Origin: a virus
Lineage: Duplodnaviria > Caudoviricetes
Virus record (IMG/VR): IMGVR_UViG_3300047548_001221
Coordinates: 1 to 59,036 of that record
Length of the DNA: 59,036 nt
Strand: one strand, 5' to 3'
Below the pieces are notes generated by a model. The model was not told the origin of the DNA. It worked only from the letters and a program-made list of their open reading frames with translations, and ran no database searches. Position numbers and translations under genes: made by a program. This document shows positions 15,398 to 25,900 of this stretch, one piece after another; positions within the stretch are counted from its first letter, which is position 1; each line of letters begins with the position of its first letter.

Positions 15398-17152
15398 TTA
15401 TTCTATCTCGGTGGCTGTACTATAAGTAGTGAACCCTTTTTCTTTGATAACTTTCAAAACGCTAGGTACACGTCCTGCTAACTCTTCCCTGTGTGAGACT
15501 AACCAAATAGACTTGTTTCTTCTTCTGGACATGTCCTTGAGAATAGCAATAGAATTTTCAACACCGATTGTATCCAATCCACTGTCAATCAACTCATCAA
15601 TAAACAACGTATTGATTGGACTATACAAGTTTTCCCAAACATCACGGAAAGCAAAACTTAGACCTAAAATTAATCGGTTACGTTCACCTCTGCTGAGATT
15701 GTCAAAATCAAGTTCTCTACCTAATTCGGTAATCTCAACAGTTAAATCATTTTGGAATACTACTTGGTGAGGTAGACCTATCTTATCCAAATAATAAGTC
15801 AGTCTAGCATTTAGATAACTCAGGTTCTGATCAATAATCTTTTTACGAACGAAACTATCCTTGCTTGTTAGTATTTCAAGTAAGAATTTTTGGTGATCTA
15901 ACGTCTTTGTTAATTCATTGATCTTGTCAAAATTGATTTCTTGCAAAGCCTTACTTTCCATTTCAACAATCTGCTCACCATATGGATCTGCTTCGTTTGC
16001 TTTTTGTTCTATCTGCTTGATTAAGTTTTCTAGCTGCGAACTATGTTTAACTGCCTCAGCTTCAGTTTCGTAGTGAGTAACAGGCATATCCATAACCGTA
16101 ACAGGATTATCAATTAATGCATCTAACTGAAAATTTAAATCTTTGACATGTGTTTTACTCTCACCAAGTAACTCTTGTTTTTTCTGCAAAACCGTTGTAT
16201 GCTGTTCATCGTGTAATTCATGACCACAAGCGTAACACTTGTGATCTTTCAACATCTTTACTTCAGCGTCAAGTTTTTGTAAATTCTTATCTTCTTTTGC
16301 TATTTCTTTACGTAAACTTTCTACCTTACTATCGTAAGCAGTTTTTAGTTGAACTTGATGATTATACGTCACGAGGTCTTTATGCGCCTGCAACTCAGTA
16401 ATAATATCTATCTCGCTCAATTGCTCATATTCAGTGGCAATTCTAGACAAATCTTCTTCATGTTTTGTCTTCCAAAGCTTTTGTCTACGTTTCAATGCCT
16501 CGATTTGTTCTTTGACTCGTTTGTTTGCTTCTTCAATTGCTTTAACACGAAATTCTTCTTGTTGAATGTTATCTTTACTTTGGCGAATCAGTTCTTTAAT
16601 CACTTCAGCCTTCTCACTCAACAACGTAATACCCAACAATTGTTCGATAATATTGCGTTGTTCATTAGACTTAAGTGCTAAGAACGGCTCACTATAAGTA
16701 TTCAATGCTATGATATGCCTAAACATATCAGAGGACATGTTTAGTACACGCTCAATATTTGCCTGTGTTTCTTTGTTCTCGCCTTGGGCATCATCTGTGC
16801 CTTTTTGTAGCTTATTGTTTACATAGAATTTTAGTATGTTTGGCTTTCGACCACGTTCTATTTTGTAGTCTGTGCCGTTAACATTAAAGTCTAATGTGAC
16901 TATCATGTTTTTAGCGTTGGTTCTATTAACTAGATTATCTTTTCGAATATTGTTAATAGGAACACCAAACAATGCATAGCACAAACCCTGGATCAATGTA
17001 GTTTTACCTGTGCCGTTTCTAGCACCGTCACCACCCAAATCAAGATTCTCCCCTAAGATTAGAGTAAGTTCTTTTTTGTTAAAATCGACTGCTTGTGTTA
17101 CCTGCCCAATCGATAAAAAATTTCTCAATGTTATATTTTTTAGTACAATCAT
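15398..17152 (-). CDS. gp46: SbcC/Rad50-like recombination ATPase (T4 gp46-like)
   Basis: Walker A NGTGKT, coiled coils with zinc hook CYAC, signature LSRGE, Walker B LFIDE, D-loop SGLD, H-switch VSH. Confidence 0.95.
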   Translation of the reverse strand: MIVLKNITLRNFLSIGQVTQAVDFNKKELTLILGENLDLGGDGARNGTGKTTLIQGLCYALFGVPINNIRKDNLVNRTNAKNMIVTLDFNVNGTDYKIERGRKPNILKFYVNNKLQKGTDDAQGENKETQANIERVLNMSSDMFRHIIALNTYSEPFLALKSNEQRNIIEQLLGITLLSEKAEVIKELIRQSKDNIQQEEFRVKAIEEANKRVKEQIEALKRRQKLWKTKHEEDLSRIATEYEQLSEIDIITELQAHKDLVTYNHQVQLKTAYDSKVESLRKEIAKEDKNLQKLDAEVKMLKDHKCYACGHELHDEQHTTVLQKKQELLGESKTHVKDLNFQLDALIDNPVTVMDMPVTHYETEAEAVKHSSQLENLIKQIEQKANEADPYGEQIVEMESKALQEINFDKINELTKTLDHQKFLLEILTSKDSFVRKKIIDQNLSYLNARLTYYLDKIGLPHQVVFQNDLTVEITELGRELDFDNLSRGERNRLILGLSFAFRDVWENLYSPINTLFIDELIDSGLDTIGVENSIAILKDMSRRRNKSIWLVSHREELAGRVPSVLKVIKEKGFTTYSTATEIE

Positions 17153-17382
17153 GAATCAGCGTATCCTAAATTATGTGCGTAATCTACAATTGTTGTAGCA
17201 GCATTCAAGCCATCTTCGTCAGTAAAAGTTGGGTTACTAAGATGAATATAACCACCTTTATGAAATTTAATATACCAGCTTGGCTCACCATATGATTTAC
17301 AAAATTTTGCCATAGATATTTGTTTACCGTTAACATGTGGCAATCTATTAATACTTCTTATGTATTTTTCTACGTCATTCAT
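17149..17382 (-). CDS. Hypothetical protein (77 aa) between gp47 and gp46
   Basis: ATGA start/stop overlap at both ends. Confidence 0.65.
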   Translation of the reverse strand: MNDVEKYIRSINRLPHVNGKQISMAKFCKSYGEPSWYIKFHKGGYIHLSNPTFTDEDGLNAATTIVDYAHNLGYADS

Positions 17383-18392
17383 AAACTATTGTAAATTTCT
17401 AGAAGTATCTTCTTGTCAAATGACTTGCTTTCGATAGCATTGATTTGATCAACAATGATTTGGTCTACGCTTTCAAATTTTAGACCATCGGAATTTGATT
17501 GTTCCATCTGATCTAACTTCATAGGAATTAGTGTCATTTCACGTAAATGATATTCTGGGATCCATGTTTCACGTAAAAAGTTTGCCTCTTCATAACTTAT
17601 TTCAATGTCTAAGTTAACTCGTACATGACTATCTATCAGTAAATAAGCTTCAGGCTTTTCGATAATGTCACTGAGTTTGTGAATTCTAAAAATAGGTTGT
17701 CTTGGCCAACTATAAAATTCTGGATCTTTGCCCCATTCTATAATTGCCATTCCTCTTGCATCGTCACCTGCATCTGCATAATTGTGTGGGAACGCATTAC
17801 CAACATACCAAATATTTTTACGTGCTTGTCTTTTGTGAAAGTGACCACTGAATGCTTTATCAAATCCAACTAAATGGCTTTCATTGATTTCCCCGTAATC
17901 AGGCATCTCAACCATGGCATTCATGTAAAAGTGTGGAAGTTCAAGGTGTCCGAACAAATATTTGCCAGACATTTTTTGTAGTTTCTTATAATCTTGTTGC
18001 ACCAACCACGGGGCAATAACAACATCACCTTCCTTGAGGAAATCATTTACGATTCGAACATTGGGTAGATGTTTAGCCCATTCGACACTATGTATATCCC
18101 TTCGATCCCTATAATATAGATCGTGATTTCCGGGAATAAAATACACTTGGTCAAAAGCTTTACTTAGTTTTTCTAATGCCAATAAACCGAATTGCAAGGT
18201 GTGAATGTTGATACTTGCCCTATGATGATTCCAGTCACCTAGAAAAAGACAAGTCTCGCAATTTTCTTTTTTGGCTTTCTCAATGAACCAGTCTACAAAA
18301 TTTAAACAATCTTGGTTGTGTTGTAGGCTGTTTGACTTGAGGCCAAAATGTATATCTGTAAATATAGCTGCTTTTTTGAAAAGATTACTCAT
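17379..18392 (-). CDS. gp47: SbcD/Mre11-like metallophosphoesterase nuclease (T4 gp47-like)
   Basis: TDIH, GDWNH, GNHD, GHFH motifs. Confidence 0.95.
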   Translation of the reverse strand: MSNLFKKAAIFTDIHFGLKSNSLQHNQDCLNFVDWFIEKAKKENCETCLFLGDWNHHRASINIHTLQFGLLALEKLSKAFDQVYFIPGNHDLYYRDRRDIHSVEWAKHLPNVRIVNDFLKEGDVVIAPWLVQQDYKKLQKMSGKYLFGHLELPHFYMNAMVEMPDYGEINESHLVGFDKAFSGHFHKRQARKNIWYVGNAFPHNYADAGDDARGMAIIEWGKDPEFYSWPRQPIFRIHKLSDIIEKPEAYLLIDSHVRVNLDIEISYEEANFLRETWIPEYHLREMTLIPMKLDQMEQSNSDGLKFESVDQIIVDQINAIESKSFDKKILLEIYNSL

Positions 18393-18398
18393 CTTTGT

Positions 18399-18427
18399 AT
18401 TATGATCAATTCTGCATGATATATCAA
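18399..18427 (-). promoter_or_regulatory. Sigma70-type promoter for gp47 (TTGATA-17-CATAAT), likely leaderless
   Basis: -35 at 18422-18427, -10 at 18399-18404, 6 nt to ATG 18392, no SD. Confidence 0.6.
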
Positions 18428-18436
18428 GTGCATTGG

Positions 18437-19333
18437 TTAATTTTCTTCATAGAACGCAGCAGCACTTGCAGTTCCTTGTCTGGACCAACTTGGATTTAAT
18501 CCATTAATTTCAAGAATATCATCACGGATGTTTTGGTTTCTTTTTTCCGTGTTTAACACCCTACAGAAACTGTTTGTAATAGCAGCAGTGTAATATGCAA
18601 AAGGATTACTAGATTTGGCTTCGTTGAATCTTAATCCCACGTAAGTCAATTGCAATATTGCACTATTTCTCATTTCATCATTGTATGTGTATCCTCGCCA
18701 GTTATATTTCATGGCGTATTTTTCACACATCATAATATACATACGTGCTAATTTATTAGTGATTTGTCCATGGTCCTTACTAAAATAACCATCTGTTAAA
18801 GAACCTACCCAATGACTTTTACCTACACAGTAAAAACTATTATTTTCATCGATTTTAAAATGCTGAAATGGGGGAAAGTTTACTTTTACATGAACCATGT
18901 CATCAACTTCAGCTTTAGTCATAGAGTCTTCTAACTCAGCAAAAATTTCATCACTTTCATCTTCAAAATCAAAAATATCTTTTGCAGTTTTTTTCTTAGT
19001 AGATTTTCTAGGTTGTTTTTGCGATACAGGAATATGATCCCAAGTCATAACTCTAAAAACTAAACTAGTTAACGGAATAGAATCTGCTGTAACTGTGTTA
19101 CCAGTTTCCTGAGTTAGCCTATTCGCTCTGTTTTCTTTAGCTTGCTGCACTACTTCAGGTTTCAAAGCATATTCAAACGACTTTTCTAGTGATTCCTGCG
19201 GCATGTCAATGATGACATCATACCTATGATAGTCGGGTTTTGAAAAGTAGCAGTATGTTGATTTGCTTTCGTGAATCTCTTTTAAGATATCCTTGTTATT
19301 AAGGTAGTTGACGGGTTTTTTGATTATAGACAT
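18437..19333 (-). CDS. gp55: Late-transcription sigma factor (T4 gp55-like)
   Basis: NYLNNKD N-terminus; NWRGYTYNDEM; SSNPFAYYTAAITNSF; adjacent to gp47/gp46 as in T4-like phages. Confidence 0.85.
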   Translation of the reverse strand: MSIIKKPVNYLNNKDILKEIHESKSTYCYFSKPDYHRYDVIIDMPQESLEKSFEYALKPEVVQQAKENRANRLTQETGNTVTADSIPLTSLVFRVMTWDHIPVSQKQPRKSTKKKTAKDIFDFEDESDEIFAELEDSMTKAEVDDMVHVKVNFPPFQHFKIDENNSFYCVGKSHWVGSLTDGYFSKDHGQITNKLARMYIMMCEKYAMKYNWRGYTYNDEMRNSAILQLTYVGLRFNEAKSSNPFAYYTAAITNSFCRVLNTEKRNQNIRDDILEINGLNPSWSRQGTASAAAFYEEN

Positions 19334-19356
19334 AATTTCCTTGTGATTTTGCTAAA

Positions 19357-19385
19357 ATGTTAGCATAACAGTTGCATAAAAGCAA
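19357..19385 (-). promoter_or_regulatory. Sigma70-type promoter for the gp55-like gene (TTGCTT-17-TAACAT, extended TG)
   Basis: -35 at 19380-19385, -10 at 19357-19362, AAGGA RBS downstream. Confidence 0.55.
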
Positions 19386-19420
19386 CATATATGGATGTGA
19401 AAAGGTGAAAGGTATACTTG

Positions 19421-19428
19421 TATTTATC
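19421..19428 (-). promoter_or_regulatory. Late promoter (GATAAATA) facing the gp55-like gene
   Basis: Exact match to the commonest variant in the window, intergenic. Confidence 0.5.
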
Positions 19429-19483
19429 TCTCAATTTTTGACCAATAGTTATTAACTTTTCTAAAAAATGATTTTTTTGGCAC

Positions 19484-19491
19484 GATAAATA
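19484..19491 (+). promoter_or_regulatory. Late promoter (GATAAATA) for the baseplate operon
   Basis: 19 nt upstream of ATG 19511, with AAGGA RBS in between. Confidence 0.7.
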
Positions 19492-19510
19492 TAGATAAGG
19501 ATAAACTAAT

Positions 19511-20383
19511 ATGGCACAGCGTGGACTACAAGGACAAATATTAAACACTAGGCAACAAGCAACTGCTCAGGATGAGTATAATTATGCTTCTCAACGTGAT
19601 TGGCGTGTAGTGTTAAGCTTGGCGCCACAGGCTAATTATCTGTATAGAGCCCAAGATCCAGGCATATTGCTTCCATTAGTGGATACAGATGGTGTTGTTT
19701 TCCCTTATACACCGCAAGTTCAAGTACAATATACTGCTAACTATGACACATCTGATATTGTCCATAGTAATTACAAAATATTTCAATACAAAAACAGTTA
19801 CGTCGATTCTGTTAACATAACCGGTGAATTTACTGCTCAAGACACATACGAAGCCAATTACCTATTAGCAGTTATACATTTTTTTAGAAGCGTGACAAAA
19901 ATGTTTTATGGGCAAGATAGTAACCCAGTAAATGGAACTCCTCCGCCACTCTGTTATATTTTTGGTTTGGGTGAGTATCAATTTAATAAACATCCTATTG
20001 CAATTACAGGTTTTACTTATAATTTACCAAACGACGTAGATTACATTAGAGCTGATGTGGGGAGTTCTTCTGGTTTATCCAGTGGTTCGCAAATATCAAA
20101 TTTTAGATTTCAAAGTACATCCAATCCCTCTAACCTAAGATTAGGATCTGCAGGTGTTGAACCGGGAGGATTTGCACCGCCACCAGCATGGGAAGGTATT
20201 AGAAATGGAAATTCTCAAGGTTCTATTCAACCCACATATGTCCCTACTAAGATGCAAATTCAAATATCAGCGATACCAATCGTATCACGCCTAGATATAT
20301 CCAGTAGATTCAGTCTTAAAGATTATGCTACAGGTAACTTAATGTTAGGTGCGCGAAATAGCAAAGGTGGAGGTATTTGGTAA
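19511..20383 (+). CDS. Baseplate/tail-tube-initiator-like structural protein
   Basis: First gene of the baseplate operon; FPYTP, ITGEFTAQ, GTPPPL motifs; precedes the gp53-like gene. Confidence 0.55.
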   Translation: MAQRGLQGQILNTRQQATAQDEYNYASQRDWRVVLSLAPQANYLYRAQDPGILLPLVDTDGVVFPYTPQVQVQYTANYDTSDIVHSNYKIFQYKNSYVDSVNITGEFTAQDTYEANYLLAVIHFFRSVTKMFYGQDSNPVNGTPPPLCYIFGLGEYQFNKHPIAITGFTYNLPNDVDYIRADVGSSSGLSSGSQISNFRFQSTSNPSNLRLGSAGVEPGGFAPPPAWEGIRNGNSQGSIQPTYVPTKMQIQISAIPIVSRLDISSRFSLKDYATGNLMLGARNSKGGGIW

Positions 20384-20697
20384 TGTCTACAATTAACGGT
20401 GTATATCCCCCAACTAGTCCATATTATATCACAGATATCACAAATAGAAAATATTTGGATATAATGAGTAATAGAGTTATACCTGCGTTAGGGTCAGATA
20501 TATATTGGACTATAACTCCTGTCTATGAATATAGACCAGATACATTGGCATATGATTTGTATAATGATTCTAGGCTTTGGTGGGTGTTTGCTCAAAGAAA
20601 TCCCAATAGATTAAAAGATCCATTATTTGATTTTGTCACCGGAGTTCAAATTTATCTTCCTAAAATGGACACATTAAAACTATCGTTAGGTTTATAA
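20383..20697 (+). CDS. Baseplate wedge protein (gp53-like, LysM-type)
   Basis: YEYRPDTLAYDLYNDSRLWWVFAQRN; start moved to ATG 20383 (TAATG overlap). Confidence 0.75.
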   Translation: MSTINGVYPPTSPYYITDITNRKYLDIMSNRVIPALGSDIYWTITPVYEYRPDTLAYDLYNDSRLWWVFAQRNPNRLKDPLFDFVTGVQIYLPKMDTLKLSLGL

Positions 20698-20698
20698 T

Positions 20699-22978
20699 AT
20701 GGAATTTACTGGATACGAATCTGCATTTATACCTACCCCACCCGGTACAGTGTCGCAAGACGAGACTCCGACACAACAAACCCCTGCACCTGAACGTGCA
20801 GTATATGGATCAACGTATGCAGAAACATTACGTAGAAACATACGAAAAAATCCATTAGCAGCCTATTCTAGTTATACATATCAGTTGTCACTTTATATGA
20901 TAACTCCTGATGCTTATGATGTGTTTGTTAGAAACGGTAGAAAAGACATAGAAATAGTAAATCAAGCAGGCTCAGGTTGTGATCGAGGTGCATATCTAAT
21001 TGCACAGAGTGGTGGTATTAATAACACAACAACTATCCGAGCCCCTGGCTTTCATTATGATTATTTGATAGATGATTTAGTCATCAATGCTGTAGTTAGT
21101 CCAACTGGAACATCCGCACCAACTACTAATGCTGAACTAACCTTTACTATCTATGAACAATATGGTTTTTCATTTATATCTAATTTGAAACGTGCTAAAG
21201 ATGAACTTAATCTATATAGTACAACACCCAATATAAGAGATGCTACAAATGCCAGTAGGCAATTTTTTATATTGGGTGTTCAATTTTTAGGATACGATGA
21301 AAATGGGAATATATTCACTGGTTTAGAAAATACCTTTAAAAGATATTATGATATTCTTTTTACAAAAATAGATTTTAAGATTGATGGTAGAGCAACAACA
21401 TATAAAATTACTGCAGTAGCAATTCCTCCTACTATAGCGTTTGGACAAAAAAGAGGTGTTATTGATAAGGGTGCCAATCAATTGATAGGATCCACAGTTA
21501 AAGAATTATGTGATGCGTTATGCGCCAAGCTCAATAATGACCAAAATATTCAGGTACCAAAAGATCGAGAGTTTGCAAATAAGTATACAGTAGATTTTTC
21601 TTTGGCTCCTGAGATAGGTCAATCTAAAATTATTAGCACATTGGACGTAGACAAAATAAAATGGCCAATGGCAGTAGCTAATAACAAGACTAATATAAAT
21701 CCCGGACTTGAAATTAAAGCGCAGCCCAACAAAGACGCAAGAATAGTAGCATTCAATAGAGATACACCTATCATACAAGCGATACAAACAATTATTAATC
21801 AAAGTAATTTTTTAATAGATGGATTGCAATTGGCATACAGCACTAAGCCACAACCCAATAAAGAAGGCAATAGAGAAGACATTGAAAGTAATAAAAGAGC
21901 AAAATGGTTTAATATTTCTACAGTGGTATCCAATGCTAAATGGGATACAAAATTAAAAGACTTTGCGTTTGACATCACTTACGTGGTTAAAACTTACGAA
22001 ACACCCTTTGTATTATCAGTAGCTGCGGATAAAACTTCTGAGTATTATGGACCATTCAAACGTTATGAATATTGGTTAACTGGTCAAAATTCTGAAATTT
22101 TAAGATACGAACAAACCATGAACAACGCTTATTTTACTGTTGCTATAGATACAATGGGCGCCGACTCTACCACAGGCAATACAGCTACAGGTGGAAATGC
22201 AAATATACCGATTGGTTTGAACAAACGAACTCCTGGACAACGAATTAATAAATTAGATTTGGGTATGGAAGCTCAAAACAATTATGTTACTAATTTAATA
22301 GATCCAGGAGCCTATGCAAAGGCTAGTGTATTAATTTTAGGCGATCCGGATTTGTTAAGTAACGACATGCCTACAGGAAATCCTGAGTTAGATAAAAAAA
22401 ACACACCATTTTATGGACCAGATGGATACAGTCTTGATTCTCGCAGTGGTCAAACGTTTATCGAAATAGATTTCAGAGAAGCAATTGATTACGATCATAG
22501 TCAAGGATATATGCGGGTAAACGATAAAATATTGTTTTGGGATTACCCACCTTCAGTGAAGAAAAATATTCAAGGAATAGTGTTTTATCTTACCAATGTA
22601 AAAAGCATATTCAGAGCTGGCAAATTTACACAAGATTTAGATTTAACAATGGCGACATTTGGATTTACTAGAGATTATGGTGGATCGGATCAAGGGCGTG
22701 AGGATGCTAGACAGCAGCAATATAATGACAATGAGATAGCTAGACTGCAAAAAAGAGGTAATCCTCCTGTGGGTCTACGTGAAGATTCACCACCGACTGG
22801 TGCATCTTCAGGTGGAGATCCTTGTGGCCCGGCAGCACTTCCGCAACAAAATAATCAACAAGCTACTTCAAAGGGCGTAGCAGATGATGATGCTTCATCT
22901 AACAGCGTAATCATAACAGGTGAAGCAAACCAAGACGTTAACGGAAATACAATAAATTCATTAGGGGCAGCACCATAA
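20699..22978 (+). CDS. Baseplate hub protein (gp27-like)
   Basis: Position between gp53-like and gp5-like genes; ILGDP and FRAGKFTQDLDL C-terminal motifs. Confidence 0.55.
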   Translation: MEFTGYESAFIPTPPGTVSQDETPTQQTPAPERAVYGSTYAETLRRNIRKNPLAAYSSYTYQLSLYMITPDAYDVFVRNGRKDIEIVNQAGSGCDRGAYLIAQSGGINNTTTIRAPGFHYDYLIDDLVINAVVSPTGTSAPTTNAELTFTIYEQYGFSFISNLKRAKDELNLYSTTPNIRDATNASRQFFILGVQFLGYDENGNIFTGLENTFKRYYDILFTKIDFKIDGRATTYKITAVAIPPTIAFGQKRGVIDKGANQLIGSTVKELCDALCAKLNNDQNIQVPKDREFANKYTVDFSLAPEIGQSKIISTLDVDKIKWPMAVANNKTNINPGLEIKAQPNKDARIVAFNRDTPIIQAIQTIINQSNFLIDGLQLAYSTKPQPNKEGNREDIESNKRAKWFNISTVVSNAKWDTKLKDFAFDITYVVKTYETPFVLSVAADKTSEYYGPFKRYEYWLTGQNSEILRYEQTMNNAYFTVAIDTMGADSTTGNTATGGNANIPIGLNKRTPGQRINKLDLGMEAQNNYVTNLIDPGAYAKASVLILGDPDLLSNDMPTGNPELDKKNTPFYGPDGYSLDSRSGQTFIEIDFREAIDYDHSQGYMRVNDKILFWDYPPSVKKNIQGIVFYLTNVKSIFRAGKFTQDLDLTMATFGFTRDYGGSDQGREDARQQQYNDNEIARLQKRGNPPVGLREDSPPTGASSGGDPCGPAALPQQNNQQATSKGVADDDASSNSVIITGEANQDVNGNTINSLGAAP

Positions 22979-22979
22979 T

Positions 22980-25900
22980 ATGGCAGAGGATATCTTTAAA
23001 CCAGCTGGCGCAACTAAAGCAAGTAAACCCGACGCGGGTGGTGGCGTCATTAGAAGTGTTCCAGTATACGGTATCGTTAAAAATAATATTGATCCCACAC
23101 GTTCAGGAAGAATACAAGTTTATATTTCTGATTTAGGCGGCAATGATCCTGATAATCCTGCTAATTGGGCTACTGTTTCCTATATGTCACCTTTTTATGG
23201 TTTTGTTCAACCCACAGCACCTAATCAAGGTGAGGGAGATTTCGTAGCAAATCCTGCAAGTTATGGAATGTGGTATAGTCCGCCAGATTTAGAATCACAA
23301 GTTATATGCATATTCATCAACGGAGATCCTAACTACGGTTACTATATAGGAGCAGCACCAAAACCCGAAGCATTGCATATGGTACCTGCTATCGGCTCTT
23401 CGGATAAAATTATCACAAATAACAGTTCTGAATCACAAAGCTACGGCGGCGCCTCTATTCTTCCAGTAACTAATATAAACACTAATAATACATCTACTTC
23501 TGACGATGATAATTTCTTGGATTTACCCAAACCTATTCATAGTTACCAAGCTGCTATACTTTTTAAACAAGGTATAATAAGAGATACTTTGCGCGGCCCC
23601 ATTACATCTAGTGCTAATAGAGAGTCTCCTAGTAGAGTAGGTTGGGGAGTTAGCACTCCTGGTAGACCAATTTATGCAGGTGGATTTACTGACGCTAATA
23701 TTGCTCAAGCTGCTAGTGAAGGGAAAAATGATGAAAGTTTGCGTGTTATTTCTCGTGTGGGAGGACATTCTATTGTTTTAGATGATGGCGATTTGATAGG
23801 CAGAGACAATCTAGTACGAATACGTTCATCTGCGGGACATCAGCTATTAATGAGTGACGACGGGCAAACAATTTTTATAATACATAGCAATGGTCAATCT
23901 TGGATCGAGATGGGCAAAGAGGGCACCATTGATCTGTTTTCTACAAACAGTTTTAATATACGAACACAAGGTGATATTAATTTTCATGCAGATAATAACA
24001 TAAACATCCACGCTAAGAAAAAACTTAATATCAAAGCAGAAGATATCTATATTCAATCTGAAAAGAGTACATGTCACAACATAGGATCTGATTATAAATT
24101 ACAAACTTCAGGTAAATATTCGCATAAAATTGCCGGAATAATGAGTATGCAGTCCGGCGGTGATGCTTCGTTTGAAAGTGCAGGAACTTTGTATGTTAAT
24201 GGAAGTAGAATCAATTTAAATTCGGGTTCGGGTCCTAGTGCAGATGATGTGCAACCTTTACAAGATATCGCACATACTGATACATTATTCGATAATGTCA
24301 AGGGTTATTTAGCAGCTCCTGGACTACTGAAAAGTATAACTTCACGTACTCCTGCACACATGCCATGGGTAAATGCAAATCAAGGTGTGAATGTAGAAGT
24401 TTCACCCTCAACCGATGATAATTTACCATCTGCTCCTAATGCAGCATTAGAAAGAGCTACACAAATAGCAGAGAGTTCAACATCAGCAAGTCCGTTAAGT
24501 GCAGCAGGACTAGCAACTGTACCTTCAGTAAAACCAGTAAGTAATAGTATAGATGGTCCCACAACAAGTGCTATTGTGGGCGCATTAGCAACCAATGCTG
24601 CTAACGGTCCCGCATCACTCGCAGTAAAAACAGGCGCCGGTGTAGTTCCTACTTCTGATGGACCAGTTGTAGCTTTGGGCTCTTTGGCACAAACACCAGC
24701 ACAATTAGAAGCTGCCGGATTTTTAAAACCCGGCGCTGCAGTGTTGGTAGATGCATTAATTAAAGCAGGTCAACCGTTAAACAGTGCTTTAACTAAAAAT
24801 TTGTTTACCGGCAAAAACGGTGTTGGTGATCTTAATGCATTCTTGAACAATCCGGCAGCGCAAATTTCAGGAATGGTCGATAATTTACAAAAATCACAAA
24901 CATCGTTGACTAATGCAGGAATATTGACAGGAAGTGAATCACCGGTTGCTATTGCAGGACTAGTAATGTCGGGATCAACATGTGGTGTACCCGAAACATT
25001 AGCTGCAGTTAAAAATGTAACGGGAGGTACAAATCAACCTGCTAATGCAGGACTACCTGGAGTAACTAATCCAGTCTTTAATGCCTTAAATTCAGGTAAT
25101 TTTGCAGCAGGATTGTCACAATCTAGTACATCAGGATTGGGATCTATTGTTGGTGCTGTTGCAGCCATGGGCGCCGCTTCTAAAATTATGGGTAATAAAA
25201 ATAAAGGCGCTACAGCAATGGCAGTTGCAGCAATAGCCACAACAATGTTACCACTCCCAAATAAAAAACCCGCTAATCTAAAGACTATTAGTGCAGAAAA
25301 TATGGCTATAGCAGAAGCTAGATCATTGCGAGTTGCAGATCCATTTAAAGACGCAAAAGATTTCTTAAAATTAACTGGAAGAATAGGTGGGGGTAAAGTT
25401 AATCAAATAGCCGGAGCTGTTATAGGTGGATTAAATGCTGTTAATAGGTATAACAATGCTAAAAATCCACAACAAACTATAGGTGCAATTACTGGAATAA
25501 TAGGAAGTGTAGGCAGAATAGGTTCAGCGACTGGAAATAATAATCTTGCAAAACAGACGAGACAAGTAAACACTGTAATAAATGCGGCTAACCAAATCAA
25601 CAATTCACTCAATACAATTAGTAACGCAAAAACAGTAGTTGGACAATTAGGTGGGTTAGGAAGAATATTGGGTTCTGTTGGTCAAGTAGGCCGAGCGTTC
25701 GGAAATAAAAACTTAGTGAGAAGTACACGTAAGGCGGGCACAATAATATCAAGTTCTCAGGGAATATTACGCGGAGTAGATAAACTTACTACTAGTAAAA
25801 ATATCAATACAACTTTAGGTGCATTAAATTCTATTGTTAGAAACGCAAGTAGAATTAAAGGCACCGTAGGTAGATCAAGTAAGGCTAGTGGAATGTCTAT

